From Pseudovirgaria hyperparasitica (taxonomy: Eukaryota), in the NCBI GenBank assembly GCA_010093815.1, contig ML996598.1: 35,747 bases of DNA; one strand, given 5' to 3'. Below the pieces are notes generated by a model. It was not told the DNA's origin. It made no database searches and saw nothing but the letters and a program-made list of their open reading frames with translations. Positions 1 to 12,595 of this stretch are shown here, piece after piece. The position numbers and the translations under genes were made by a program. Within the stretch, counting starts at the first letter, position 1, and each line of letters opens with the position of its first letter.

Positions 1-553
1 GAATTAACGACTTACCTTAAGAGTAAGGTGGATATACTAGAGAAGAAAATTCAGAATAAGAGAACTAAATATAAGCTTAGTTAATATAGCGGTTACATAA
101 CCCGCGGAGCTATCTCTAAGGTAGTAGCTATAAAGTAAGGGATAAGCGCGTGTATAAATAAAAGTGAACTAGAGCTTAAGTTTACTAATATAAAGACTAT
201 TAATAACGTTATATAGATTTAATTAGATGCGCGTATAAATATAACGCTTATAGAATTACGGATTTATATATAGCTAAGTACTTTAGGGCGAAGCATAAAA
301 AGAAGAAGGATATTATTAGGGCTAATACTAGGATAGACTTAACTAGAATACTATAGTCTAGTACGGTCCGTGATAGGTAGACCTAGGGTAAGCTAGCTAG
401 AATAAGCGAGACTACTATATAAGTAGGCCGTATATACTTAATTCCTACTCTTTAGGAATTAACCTCGTTAAGAGAGTAGACTACCCTTTTAAATATATTC
501 CCGAATCCTCCTATGACCTGTTAGACTACTATCCTACGTCTACAATCCTTATA
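1..553 (+). mobile_element. 3' end of a second copy of Ty3/Gypsy element A (3' region, PPT, 3' LTR); the rest is off-window
   Basis: 53-553 is the reverse complement of 4560-5060, differing almost only by transitions. A purine tract AAAAAGAAGAAGGA (297-310) precedes the LTR. Confidence 0.93.
314..553 (+). repeat. 240-bp LTR of family A
   Basis: Matches 4560-4799 and 12188-12427 in reverse complement. Termini TATTAGGG...CCTTATA are RIPed TG...CA. Confidence 0.93.
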
Positions 554-1276
554 GTAATACTATATATACTACTATCGGTACCTAGAAAGCTATAAGACTA
601 ATCTATAAACTCTAAAGATAGTAACTTTAAAAGCCTTAGAAGTACCTTAGATATAGAGGATATAGATCTCGATTATAAAGAGTAATAGAATAATAAAAAG
701 GGTGCTAGGGGTAGTAAGAGTAGCGCGCGTGTTTAGCTAAGGTAATATAATACTAATATAAGATAGGTTCTACCTATAGTATATTAGTATATACCTAATT
801 CTACTAGCTATATAACTATAGCGTATATATTTAATTAAGATATTAATACACCGGTATAAGCCGGCGTCTATCTATTTTATATTAGTATACGCCCGGTTCT
901 ACTAGCTATATTATTACTATGATTATATTTATATAAGATCTATACTAATAATCGAATATTAACTTATATACTTTACTTCCTCTATACTTTATAAAATTAT
1001 ATTATAATTAGTAAACGCGGTAACTTAACCTCTACCGCCTAAATATAGTTTTTAACTCTTATTACTACTAACTCTATCTTATTATCTATAACCTAAGTTA
1101 TATATAGGAATATATAAGTATAGCGAGAGTCACGACCGTTCTAGCTTAACTACTAGCTATAGAATAGCTAACTATAATATATATATATGACGTATAGAGG
1201 CCTTAAGTATTAGCGCCTTTCTACCGTATATCTAGTACCTCTAAGGCCTATACTAACTACCTAAAATAAGTTATAG

Positions 1277-4084
1277 TATATATAGAGATACTATTATTAA
1301 GATAGCACGCGGAAAAGTATTATAAGAGCTTAAAAATAGTAGTATAGATACTACTATACTTATTAGAATAGTTAAGGAAACCATTACTAAAGAATTTAAT
1401 TAGTATATTACGGCTATAGATAGTAAGTTAGTACTAATAGTTACGGCTATAGATATAACGGAGGCTAAACTAGATATAGATATACTAGCTATAGATATAT
1501 AGTTATAGTTACTATTAGAATATAAAGAGAAAGAGAATATAGAAGATACTAAAATGGAAGACGACGTAATAAGTATACTTAGATACATATATATACTTAG
1601 TACTAGATACTAATATTAGAGTAGTATTAAAGATAGATGCGGCTATAATTACTAACTTAGATAATCTCTCTATAAGTACCGTCGTGTCTAGTAAAGCTTA
1701 TATACGTGTAAATATACTAGCTATAGATATATAGTTATAGTTACCGTTAGAATATAAAGAGAAAGAGAATATAGAAGATACTAAAATAGAAGATAACGTA
1801 ATAAGTATACTTAGATATATATATATACTTAGTACTAGATACTAATATTAGAGTAGTATTAAAGATAGATACGGCTATACTTACCGACTTAGATAATCCC
1901 TCTATAAGTACCGTTATATCTAGCAAAGCTTATACACGCGTAAATATACTAGCTATAGATATATAGTTATAGTTACTATCGGAATATAAAGAGAAAGTAG
2001 TTATAGAAGATACTAAAATAGAAGATAATATAATAAGTATACTTAGATATATATATATATACTTAGTACTAGATACTAATATTAGAGTAGTATTAAAGAT
2101 AGGTATAGCTATACTTACCGACTTAGATAATCCCTCTATAAGTACTATCGTACCTAGCGAAGCTTATACACGCATAAATATACTAGCTATAGATATATAG
2201 TTATAGTTACCGTTAGAATATAAAGAGAAAGTAGTTATAGAAGATACTAAAATAGAAGATAACGTAATAAGTATACTTAGATATATATATATACTTGGTA
2301 CTAGATACTAATATTAGAGTAGTATTAAAGATAGATATAGCTATAATTACCAACTTAGATAATTATATAATAAGTACTATTATACCTAGCGAAGCTTATA
2401 TACACGTAAATATACTAGCTATAGATATATAATTATAGTCGCTATTAGAATATAAAGAGAAAGTAGTTATAGAAGATACTAAAATAGAAGATAACGTAAT
2501 AAGTATACTTAGATATATATATATACTTAGTACTAGATACTAATATTAGAGTAGTATTAAAGATAGATATAGCTATAATTACTAACTTAGATAATTATAT
2601 AACGGATACTATCGTGCCTCTAGATACTAGTAAAGCTTATCTATAGTTACTAGTAGTAAAGAGGATACTCTCGAATAATATAGTAAACCCTATAGATTCT
2701 TCTAAACGCTTAAAACTAGAATATAGTATATTACTAGATATCGACTAGTAGATACTTAAGTACTAGAATCTAATTAGGTTAATAGACGATTTATATAGTA
2801 GAAATATATTAGATATATTAGATAATATATTAGTAGATAATATTACCTTTATTATCTATTCCCTAGGTAATAAGCCTAATAAAGATAAAGTAAAACTAGA
2901 TATAGATAACGATCTTCCGGTAGATAATAACCTTAGTATAAAACTTTAGAAAGTATAAGTTATACTAAGTAGCGAGTAGAAATATATACTACTATACTAA
3001 TATATCTATAGAGTATTCGCCGTTAATAACTCCGATAAAGTAATCTAAGCTATCTCTTATTATATAGAAGAGATATAGTTACTTACTACGAGTATATTTA
3101 GACTTATACTAGATAATCTAATAAAGGACTTCGGCTATATACCTATTCTATATCTAGCCTTTAGTATAAGTAGATTATATAGACTATAGGCCGGCTAATT
3201 ACTCGCGGTAGTTACTATATTTAAGTAGTAGACGGGTCTATAGAACTACTAGATCTTAGTAGATAGCCTAGGGCTAGAGAAGACTATTATACTTATAACG
3301 TTCATCTACCTTATATTCTATTAGGACTTTCTACACGATAATATAGAACTATATCTAGAAAAGTACCTACTACTAACTTAAGACCTACGTATAGATAGAA
3401 AGTACCCGATATAATCTCTATATCCAATTAAATATCTATATAGCTAGACTAATAAATTTAGCGAGGTGCCCCGCCTCTAAGAACTATTTATACTATACTA
3501 TCTAAGGAACCTCCTAGTATTATATTAGCTATAGCGTTTTAACTAGATATACTATAATATAGATAGTATATTCGCTAATAAAATTAATAAATAGAACCTA
3601 ATAAAGATAGTAGTACGGTTAGCGTACTCGAAAACCCTTCTTAACGCCTCTAATATCTAATAACTCTCGTCTATAGATATATACTACCTGGCTAAGAGGT
3701 GCCCTAATCCCGAATAGGAATATTATAATAATATTAGTAATTCTACGAAATACGAGACCGGTAAGAAGTATATTACTAAGGAGTAGTCGATTCGCGTTAA
3801 TAAGACCGCTACTATTAAATTTCTATTATAATACGCGAAGAATAATATAGTCTATACTACCGTCTAAAGTATAGAGACCTAATATATTATAAACTTTACT
3901 AGACGCGTGGTTCTAAAAGAGAAGAAGGCGAAAAAATTTAGCGCTAATATTATTTAAATCTATAATATAGTATTTATCGGTATATTTATAGTAGACAAGT
4001 TCTATACCTTAAAAAAACCTATAATAAAATAGTATAGGTATACGCGACTCAATCCCTTTATATTTAGTATATAGATTAGTATAA
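1277..4084 (+). pseudogene. SNF2-family (SF2) ATPase/helicase pseudogene, 5' part (repetitive N-terminus, motifs I-III); start uncertain
   Basis: One frame carries motif I ATC TTA GTA GAT AGC CTA GGG CTA GAG AAG ACT (3253-3285, de-RIP ILADSPGL[E/G]KT), motif II GTA GAC AAG TTC TAT (3991-4005, de-RIP VDEFH) and the start of motif III (4078-4084). Putative intron 2955-3011. Stops are TAA/TAG, as expected from RIP. Confidence 0.8.
1481..2640 (+). repeat. Five tandem 232-234 bp units, each a 180-nt exon (60-aa acidic repeat) plus a 52-54 nt intron
   Basis: Units start at 1481, 1713, 1945, 2179 and 2411. Putative introns GTATAC...TACTAAT...GAGTAG lie at 1573-1624, 1805-1856, 2037-2090, 2271-2322 and 2503-2554. 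Confidence 0.88.
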
Positions 4085-4559
4085 TATAATAAACCTTCCT
4101 TAATAAGAGTATGGCTTATCCCTAAAGTAGTCCGTTCTATAGAGTGTTCTAGCTTTTCTAAAGGTAAAGGTACTTAGAAGGCTCCGAGAGGTATAAGTAG
4201 GTTTATAATAAGTATTAATAGAGTATAAATAGTAACTAGCTAGTAGGCGAGTAAAGTAGTAATTATATTAGTATAAGTTTAAATTAATTACTATAGAACT
4301 ATCTCTAGAGGTTAGGTCTAAAGGGTCTATATAGTTCTACTAAGGTCCTCTAATTAGAATACTTATTCTAAGTATTTAGTATATTACTTAGAATACTAAT
4401 ATTCTATTTCTAATTACTAGGTAGGCTACTTAGAATACCTATTCTAAGTACCTATGATTAGCTCTCCCTATAGGTATTAGTTTTAGCCTTAGATTATTAT
4501 CTAAGGTTACCTATCGTATTATAGGCACCTCTTCTATATATTATACTATTTCTTATACT

Positions 4560-4799
4560 TATAAGGATTGTAGACGTAGGATAGTAGTCTAACAGGTCAT
4601 AGGAGGATTCGGGAATATATTTAAAAGGGTAGTCTACTCTTCTAACGAGGTTGATTCCTAAAGAGTAGGAATTAAGTGTGTGCGGCCTACTTATATAGTG
4701 GTCTTGCTTATTCTAGCTAACTTACCCTAGGTCCACCTATCACGGACCGTACTAGACCATAGTATTCTAGTTAAGTCTATTCTAGTGTTAGCCCTAATA
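4560..4799 (-). repeat. 3' LTR of element A
   Basis: Direct repeat of 12188-12427. The PPT complement TCCTTCTTCTTTTT follows at about 4803-4816. Confidence 0.95.
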
Positions 4800-5060
4800 A
4801 TATCCTTCTTCTTTTTATGCTTCGCCCCGAAGTACTTAGCTATATATAAATCTATAATTCTATAAGCGTCATGTTTATACGCGCATCCAATTAAATCTAT
4901 ATAACGTTATCGATAGTCTTTGTATCGGTAAACTTAAGCTCTAGTTTACTTTTATTTATACACACGCTCATCCCTTACTTTATAGCTACTACCTTAGAGA
5001 TAGCTCCGCGGGTTATATAACCGCTATATTAACTAAGCTTATATTTAGTTCTCTTATTCT

Positions 5061-5225
5061 NNNNNNNNNNNNNNNNNNNNNNNNNNNNNNNNNNNNNNNN
5101 NNNNNNNNNNNNNNNNNNNNNNNNNNNNNNNNNNNNNNNNNNNNNNNNNNNNNNNNNNNNNNNNNNNNNNNNNNNNNNNNNNNNNNNNNNNNNNNNNNNN
5201 NNNNNNNNNNNNNNNNNNNNNNNNN
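5061..5225. other. Assembly gap (N run) within element A
   Basis: Run of N characters. Confidence 1.
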
Positions 5226-6448
5226 ATACCGGCTAAAAAATCCACTTATTATAGTAGTATAAAGGCGCGCTCTAAGTTAGAGAAGAAGGTAGCTAAGGCT
5301 ACTACTACTATTACTACTAACGTGGCCACTAGTCGCTCTAATCTAGGTAATCCTAGTACTAGTGTTACGGAAGAGGTAGCTATAAAGCCTATCTATATCT
5401 ACTCGCGCCGCCTATCTACTCTATCTCCTTTAGAGGATAAAGAAGATCTTATTATAGATAATAATCGAGAGTTCACGCCTTCGCCGCCTCGCTCTAAACG
5501 CCGTTCCTCTTTTTAGTCTAATATAGACTAACTTAGTTACTCTAGGTTCTTTTAGGACCTTAATATTTACTCTAAACCTAGCTCTAGTAATAATAAGATC
5601 TAGGTCGCCGAAGATACTAAACGTAGTCGCGGTTTACGCTATAGAAAAACGGCGAACTACGGTTTAATATACTTTAAGTATATTAAGGCTTATACTACCG
5701 GCTCTAAATATCTCTTCTACTCTAACTCTAGTATTAGCTACTATTCTACTAACCGTAACGGGCCTATACGCCTAATCTTTAAGCTCTCTACCCGCTGCCG
5801 CCGCTATACTATAACTAGTAAGACTTATCTATAGATAAGTATAATAGGCTATCTTAATCTAGTATAATCTAAAGTAGTTCACGTTAATATATTCTTAGGT
5901 TCCTATGCGTATATAAGATATATATAACGACCTTCGCATCCGCGAGACCCTTAGAGGTCCTTATAGCTATCTACCTACTATATAGAGAGAGTTTAGGGAG
6001 CGCTATAAGCTCTTTCTAGAGGTTATTAAAGTATAAGTTATAAGTATGTTAATTATTTTTAACATCTATTGATTTTTCTAGCCGCCGCGAGATCTCTAGT
6101 ACCTAGGCTACCTATTCTAGGGAGTCTATTCTAGCTATGGAGGCCGTAGAGAGGATTCGCTCTATCCCCCTCTATCTATCTCGCGCTACTAACGGATCTC
6201 GTAAGAGGTCTACTATTTCTCCCTCTAAGTCGCCTCGTAAGAGGGTATATATTCTATTCTAGATTATTCTAGACCGCGTTAGCTAACTTTAGGTCTAGTT
6301 ACTCCGCTCTAGCGCTTAGTTATCGTCTTACTAGGCTCTAACCGAGCGCGTGGTTACTCTAGAGAATAAGGTCTCTAACCTCCGTCGCTCTATTACTCGG
6401 TTAGTTCGTTCGCTACGCTCTAAGAGTAATAATAAGATAGAGAAGTAG
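5226..6448 (+). pseudogene. Antisense accessory gene of element A: basic/Ser-rich N-terminus, Cys cluster, C-terminal coiled coil; probably spliced
   Basis: The frame from ATA CCG GCT AAA AAA (de-RIP MPAKK) includes track ORF 5322-5516. De-RIP CFKC...C...C...RCRRC-x6-C at 5670-5828. Intron-like segments at about 5835-5877 and ending 6081. LTERVVTLENKVSNLRRSITRLVRSLR before the stop at 6448. Confidence 0.62.
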
Positions 6449-6841
6449 CTCTATGGCTCTGTTTACTAGGGTTTCTATATAGTATATATTGGCTCTATCT
6501 ACCTGGTTTCTATTCGTTTTAGTCCTTTTTAGACCGTTTAGATACCTATCTACTAGTTTTCTAGTAATTTAATTCTTAACTTAATAATATTATATGCATT
6601 CTTATTTATTCTATAACTATTGAATTTTAGGTTCTAATTTCCTTTAAGTTACTTAAGTATAGGTATCATATATAAATTAGTTTATCTCTCTAAATTATAT
6701 TAGAGCACCTAAACTAGTAGCCTAGTGGTTATTAGTTCGGGTACTCTAACCTTTTATATTATATATTACGAGTTCAATTCCGTAGTAGGGTACCTTTTTA
6801 GTTTCTTAGTCCTATGTTCTTCTCGTGTATAATGGTCTATA

Positions 6842-9800
6842 TTAGTCTATTCTAGACTTCTCTATATTATTCTATTATAATATATCGCGTCGCGTGCCTA
6901 TAACGGTTATTTACGTTTTCTTCGCGTTTAGTAACTATATATCGCTTAAATTATAGGGCTGCCTTATAGAGTTTTTCTAGTATGCGTTTAGAATTCGTAA
7001 TTCGATACTTCATTCTCTATGGTATCCTTCTTCTTTTTACGACGGCCCCGACGGCGCTAGGTTTACGGTAGTAACGTATTATTCTATAACCTCTATTTAT
7101 ATATAGCTATCGCGGTACTTAAGATATATACTATAGGTTCCTAGATATTCTTATCCTTAGTGTAGTTCTTCTAACGGATTCGATACTTTTAGACACCGTT
7201 CTTGTCAAGCCTATATTCGATAATATAGTCTACTTCGTATACGTCTAGTCTATCTTAGGGTATAATAGAGTATAATTACACGTTCATGCGTTTATATATG
7301 TTAGGTCGAAACCTTTTAAGTAATAAGACGTGGAATACGTTATAGACTTTTATATTATTTCCTAGGTTAAGCTCGTAGACTCTTATAGCGATACGACGTT
7401 TAATTCGGAAGGGACTAGCCATTTTATAATCGAGCTTTTTATTTACTTACGATGTTTATATATTATGGATGTTAAGGAGGATCTTGTCTCCCTCCTTGTA
7501 CGCTTAATCTTTAACTAACCTATTATAGTACTTTATATATAACTTATTCGCTTACTAGATTATTACGTAATAGTTACGTGCGGTTTTAAAGATTTTAATC
7601 GTTAGTTCCTACGCGTGGACGTTAACATCTATCGTTCGGTCGAACTAGACTATATAAGGTTTGAAACCTATCCTTAGACTATATTCTAGGTTTACCTAGA
7701 AGGGCGTAATACCTATTATACTATAACGACTATTATTATACGCGAATTCTACTATGCTTAGTAGAGAGGCCTAGTCGTCTTATTCGAAATTATAGAATGC
7801 ACGAAGGTAGGCCTTAAGCGTTTAGTTCTATCGCTCTATCTAACCATCTATTTATAGATAGAATACTATTAACATGTTTCTATTTATACCGGCTATTTTG
7901 TAGAATAACATCTAGAATTTAGACGTGAATATACTCCCTCGGTCTATAACGATCCTTTTTAGTATACTATAGACCTTAATAATCTTATTCTAGAATACTT
8001 ATACTAGTTCTTTTAATATGATTATCTTCTATATAGGGACGTACCTAGATATCTTTATAAGTCTATCTACGATAATAAGAATTAAATTATAACTTATCCT
8101 AAGCATCTTACTTAGAGGTAAGTTAACTATAAAATCTATAGTAATATCTTCCTATATAAAGAGGGGGACTAGTAGAGGCTGTAAGTTCCTATATAGCTTA
8201 TGCCTAGGTACCTTTATTCTTTAATAAATCGGATAAGTAGCTATCTATTCTTCGACGTACTTAGGTATATCTTTCTAAAAATAGTACTAACGAATTAAGC
8301 TTAGGGTATATATATACCCGAAATATCCTACTAGGTTAGCGTTATAGTATCGGCTAACTATAGTAAATCGTGCGTTACCCGTCGGTATATAGTACTTTCT
8401 ATCGTAGTAGAGTAAGCCGTCTATAAAGGTCTACTTATAGTCTATTTCGGTCTATAATAACCTATCTTACTATATTTTACATAACTTTAAAACTATCGGG
8501 TCTATCTTTTATAGATCCACGATTAACTAGGCGAGGTCTACTTAATATATACGCCGGGTACTATCGCCCTCCCTAATAGCGCCGATAAATAGCTCGCTAG
8601 GGACTTTGGTACCGTGTCTTTAGTTACCGGCTTTAGTCTTATAAATTTAATTACCGGTATCGGCGTTAGTATCTCGCTAATCGTCGGATAACTTATTATC
8701 TAACCTCGTCCTTAAGAGTTAGGCCTATAGCTACTCTAGGACCCTATAGCTACTATAATCCTAGGCGCCTTCTTTATAGTTAGGTCTTCTTAATATTCTA
8801 TTAGCTAGGTTTATACTTCTAGATCGATGGCAGATTATAAAGTAGAAATTTATAAGCTACTTAGTCTATTAAACCTATTAACGATTTAAAACCGTTATAC
8901 TTATAAACCCCTTTAAGTTATAGTAATTAGTTAGTAACTTAACGTCATGTATAGTACCTTTAAGATAATATTACTACTACTTAAACGACTCTACTATTAC
9001 TAGTAGCTCTTAGTTATAAATAGTATATCTAGTCTTGATGTTAGCTATCTTACGCGAGAAGAACGTAACTAGATACTATTAGACCTTTTTAGACTCTATT
9101 AGTCTAGGCTAGGAGAGTATACCCGAGATTGTAAATCCTAATATATTAGTTTTAACGCGAATAGATTTAGTTAGATCGAAGTATACTAGTAATAGGGCGG
9201 TTATAAATGCTTCTTTAATCTTCTCGAAGGATGTTCTTTTAACCTTAGTTAATTTAATAGATTATGATTCGATATTACGCTGTTTCTGTCCACCACGGAC
9301 CGTAATAGATAAGTCGGTAGTAGTAGTACGCGTATTAAGTAGTGCGGCTAAACGGGAGAAGTACTTAACGAATTTTCGGTAGTAATTAGCGAATCTAATA
9401 AAGACACGTATATCTCGAACCAATTTTAGTTTAGGCCAGTCTACGATAGTAGCGACTCTATCCCTTTCTATGGTTATACCTTAATTAGTAATAACGAAGC
9501 TAAGGAAGTTAATATGGTCCTGGTGGAACTTGCATTTGGATAGCTTAATATATAGCTTATGTTTTTCTAGCCTATCTAGGACTGCGTGTACGTGCTAGAT
9601 GTGTTCTTCTTTATTATTAGAGAAGATAAGAATGTTATCGAGGTATATGATGCACGTCATGTCGAGTAGGTCTACTAGCGCGTTATTAATGTACGCTTAG
9701 AAGGTTCCTAGCGCATTAGTTAGTCTAAAAGGGACTACTATGTACTCGAAGTATCTATAACGGGTCCTAAACGCCGTTTTCTACTTATCGCCCTTCTTAA

Positions 9801-10770
9801 TATATAGGCGGTAGTAGGCGTCGCGTAGATCGAGCTTAGTAAAGATCTTCGTACGCCCTAGTCTATTAATAGACTCGGAGATAAGAGGTAGTAGGTAACG
9901 ATTCTTTCGCGTGATATTATTTAGGCTATAGTAGTCGATATATAGATAGAGACTCCTATCCTTCTTCTTTATAAAGAGGATTAGAGCTTCGGCTAGGGAT
10001 ATACTAGGCCTAATCTATCCTCGCGTAAGGTTCTTTTTAATATATTCTCGGAGGACCTATAGTTCGGGTTCTAATAGAGGGTAGATAGGTCCGTGTGGGG
10101 GTTATTAACCGTTTTCGAGGTTAATAGTAAGGTTAGTAGGTTAGTATTAAGGTAATTCGGACGAGTCGATCGCTAACGCGATATGTTAGTATATTTTATA
10201 CTAATATAGTAGGTTTTCGTCCACTTTAATACTAAGCTCTCTATTTTAAGTAAGTAAGAGGACATAGATAGCGGAGATTGCCTTTTCGTAGTCCTTCTAG
10301 AATTATTCGTCATCGACTAGCTATACTAGGTTCTATTATAGTAGATATATACGCCAGCCAGCTGTTTTCTAGATAAAGTCTAGTTTCGGGTTATATTTTT
10401 CAAGCTACAGTATACCGAGAATCATATTAAAGAGACTATCTACCACGATAAAGGTTAAGTAGTAGGGTTTCCACTTCCCCCCGCTATCCTAGATACCGTA
10501 TTTAATAATATAGGTACTCTACGATTTAATGGGACTATCGATACCATAGAAGATAGTACCTATTAGTACTTAAATATCAACGTTAAGTTCTCATACTCAT
10601 TAAGTTAACATAACGTTAGTAGCTAAACCGCTATTAAGTATTACAGTCTAATATTATCCACGAGGGACCTCAATAGGTCTAGCCTATAGTTTAATATACT
10701 ATTTAGCGGATTATCCCTCTATTATAGTCGCGCCTATAAGTTATAAGGGTTTCTCGTAGACTATTAGTTT
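6842..10770 (-). pseudogene. pol: pol of element A (protease, RT, RNase H, integrase, chromodomain)
   Basis: Protease LDSG-like motif at about 10625-10645. RT YLD[N/D] at 9634-9645. RNase H TDASG-like motif near 9140. Integrase GQTER-like motif near 7835. Chromodomain YRIRWKNY...WEP at about 7135-7190. Confidence 0.92.
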
Positions 10771-12146
10771 TTTATATTCTATACTAGATAGTTAGACGCG
10801 ATATATCCTAGCTACTAGCACTTATAGTATATAACTAGTTAGTTAGTTATATTAGCACTTAGTAGCTTCCCCGAACGGTACTTAGGTACTATATAGTCTA
10901 TTCTACCATAGGTATAGTAAGTAACTTTAGGTCGTTTATATAAGTTAGTCCTTATATCTCGATATATTAATTAGTAGAGAGATCCACGATACGATCCGCG
11001 TAGTTTTGAATTTAAGGCGTGGTAGTAGCCTTATAACGTCCCGTGAGATCTATTACTAAATTAGTTTTAGTTAGACGATTTTACATTAGATTAGATCGTT
11101 AGAGATAGTCATATACTAGCGCGGCGTTAATTATTTATTATACGCTAGTATCGCTTCGCGAGATTTATAAGAGCTTAGAGGTCTATAGAGATTATCGTTA
11201 TAAGGTTAAGACGGTCCTTTATATTTAGGGCGAGGGACCGTTTAAAGTTATTATACTATTAAATTATACGATCTTCTTCGGCTTCTCTCTAGAGAGGCTA
11301 AAGGTATTTAAGGAGTTATAATGGTAACTAATTATCTCGTTATCGAGTCTCGAAGATATAGCCCTAGGCCTAGTCGCGTTATTTAGCCCTATTACTAAAA
11401 TATTAGAGGAGAAATTTAGTGAACGTGTCCTAGTTATAGGTATCCTTAGGATGTTCGATTCGGTATACTATCTAACGTTCTAAAGGCGTTAGGTTAAGGT
11501 AGTTCTAGGCGAATCTAATTTTATCGCTATCGTTCGTGAATAGATAGAAGAATCGGCTATATTAGGAAGCCTCTACGTGGAAACTCTTTCTACTTTTACT
11601 ATCGAAGTAAGGTAGTTTCTTAGATCGGGGTAATTAGGATAGTAGTAGACTAGGATAGATCGTTTTAGTTAGTATAGATCTATATAAATATAGATTAGTT
11701 ATTACTAGAACTAAAGCGTGTAATATAGCTTTAAGTCTCGTAGTACGTCCTTAAGCTTCGTCGAGTTCGCGTAGTTATTACTTAAGTTAAACCTATTATT
11801 ACCTCTCTTCGTGTAGTCTAGTATATATATTATTATAAGGTATGGTTAACGTTAGATAATTCTAATAGATTAACTCGTTAACGTTAATAAGGTCTAGCCT
11901 TATATTAAGGTTAGGTCTAGTATAGTTCGGACTAGACTAAGATAGAGTATAATAGACTCTATCCTCGTGTTCTATAATATCTTCTATAGTTATACGGAAT
12001 ATCATGCGAGTTATCGGTGTAATAGTCTATAAGGTATGGTTATCGGTAGGGGTAGTTATAGATAGACTATTCTTCTCGTTTAGGTTAGGAGAAGGTCTAC
12101 TATAAGAGGCGGTGCCACGAGTATTATAATAAGTAGATAGCGCCAT
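10764..12146 (-). pseudogene. gag: gag of element A with a C-terminal CCHC knuckle
   Basis: ATG at 12146 is in frame with TAA at 10766-10764 (461 codons). De-RIP CYKCQQPGHIASNC at about 10789-10830. Confidence 0.85.
10767..10773 (-). promoter_or_regulatory. Putative -1 ribosomal frameshift slippery site A AAA AAC
   Basis: AAAAAAC lies immediately before the gag stop, with the protease downstream. Confidence 0.7.
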
Positions 12147-12187
12147 TTCTATAAACTACCGTCGTGCTATATAAAGAGGAATTAAAA

Positions 12188-12427
12188 TATAAGGATTATA
12201 GACGTAGAATAGTAGTCTAATAGGTCATAGGAGGATTTAGGAATATATTTAAAAGGGTAGTCTACTCTTCTAACGAGGTTAATTTCTAAAGAGTAGGAAT
12301 TAAGTGTATGCGGCCTACTTATATAGTAGTCTCGCTTATTCTAGCTAACTTACCCTAGGTCCACCTATCACGGACCGTACTAGACCATAGTATTCTAGTT
12401 GAGTCTATCCTGGTGTTAGCCCTAACA
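12188..12427 (-). repeat. 5' LTR of element A
   Basis: Begins TGTTAGGG on the minus strand. Direct repeat of 4560-4799. Confidence 0.95.
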
Positions 12428-12595
12428 ATACTACTTATACTAGAGTCTATATATTCTTCTATAGCTCTAGCTAGTAATTTATTATATAATACCCCTCCTA
12501 AGGTACTTCGTTCTAAAGTACTTCCGTAGTTACTTATAAGTAGAAGGTTATTCTAATTTTCTTTAGTAAGGAGCCCTTCCTCTTTTTCTTCCGTT

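Larger units (their letters stand above)
4560..12427 (-). mobile_element. Full-length Ty3/Gypsy chromovirus A, RIP-inactivated, inserted in the 3' LTR of B
   Basis: 240-bp LTRs at 4560-4799 and 12188-12427. TSD ATACT at 4555-4559 and 12428-12432. Complete gag/pol motif set. Confidence 0.96.
4085..12486 (-). repeat. 3' LTR of element B, split by element A into 4085-4559 and 12433-12486
   Basis: The joined pieces match 23780-23971 + 29298-29634, where the site TTCTTATACTACTTATAC is uninterrupted. Confidence 0.93.

Noticed and set aside
1400..1588. 62-aa minus-strand ORF
   Set aside because: A low-complexity antisense shadow of the repeat region.
53..5060. 500-bp terminal inverted repeats of a DNA transposon
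   Set aside because: Both arms are the LTR/PPT end of chromovirus A, and the right arm belongs to an element with its own TSD.
5054..5245. 63-aa ORF
   Set aside because: An artefact of the N gap.
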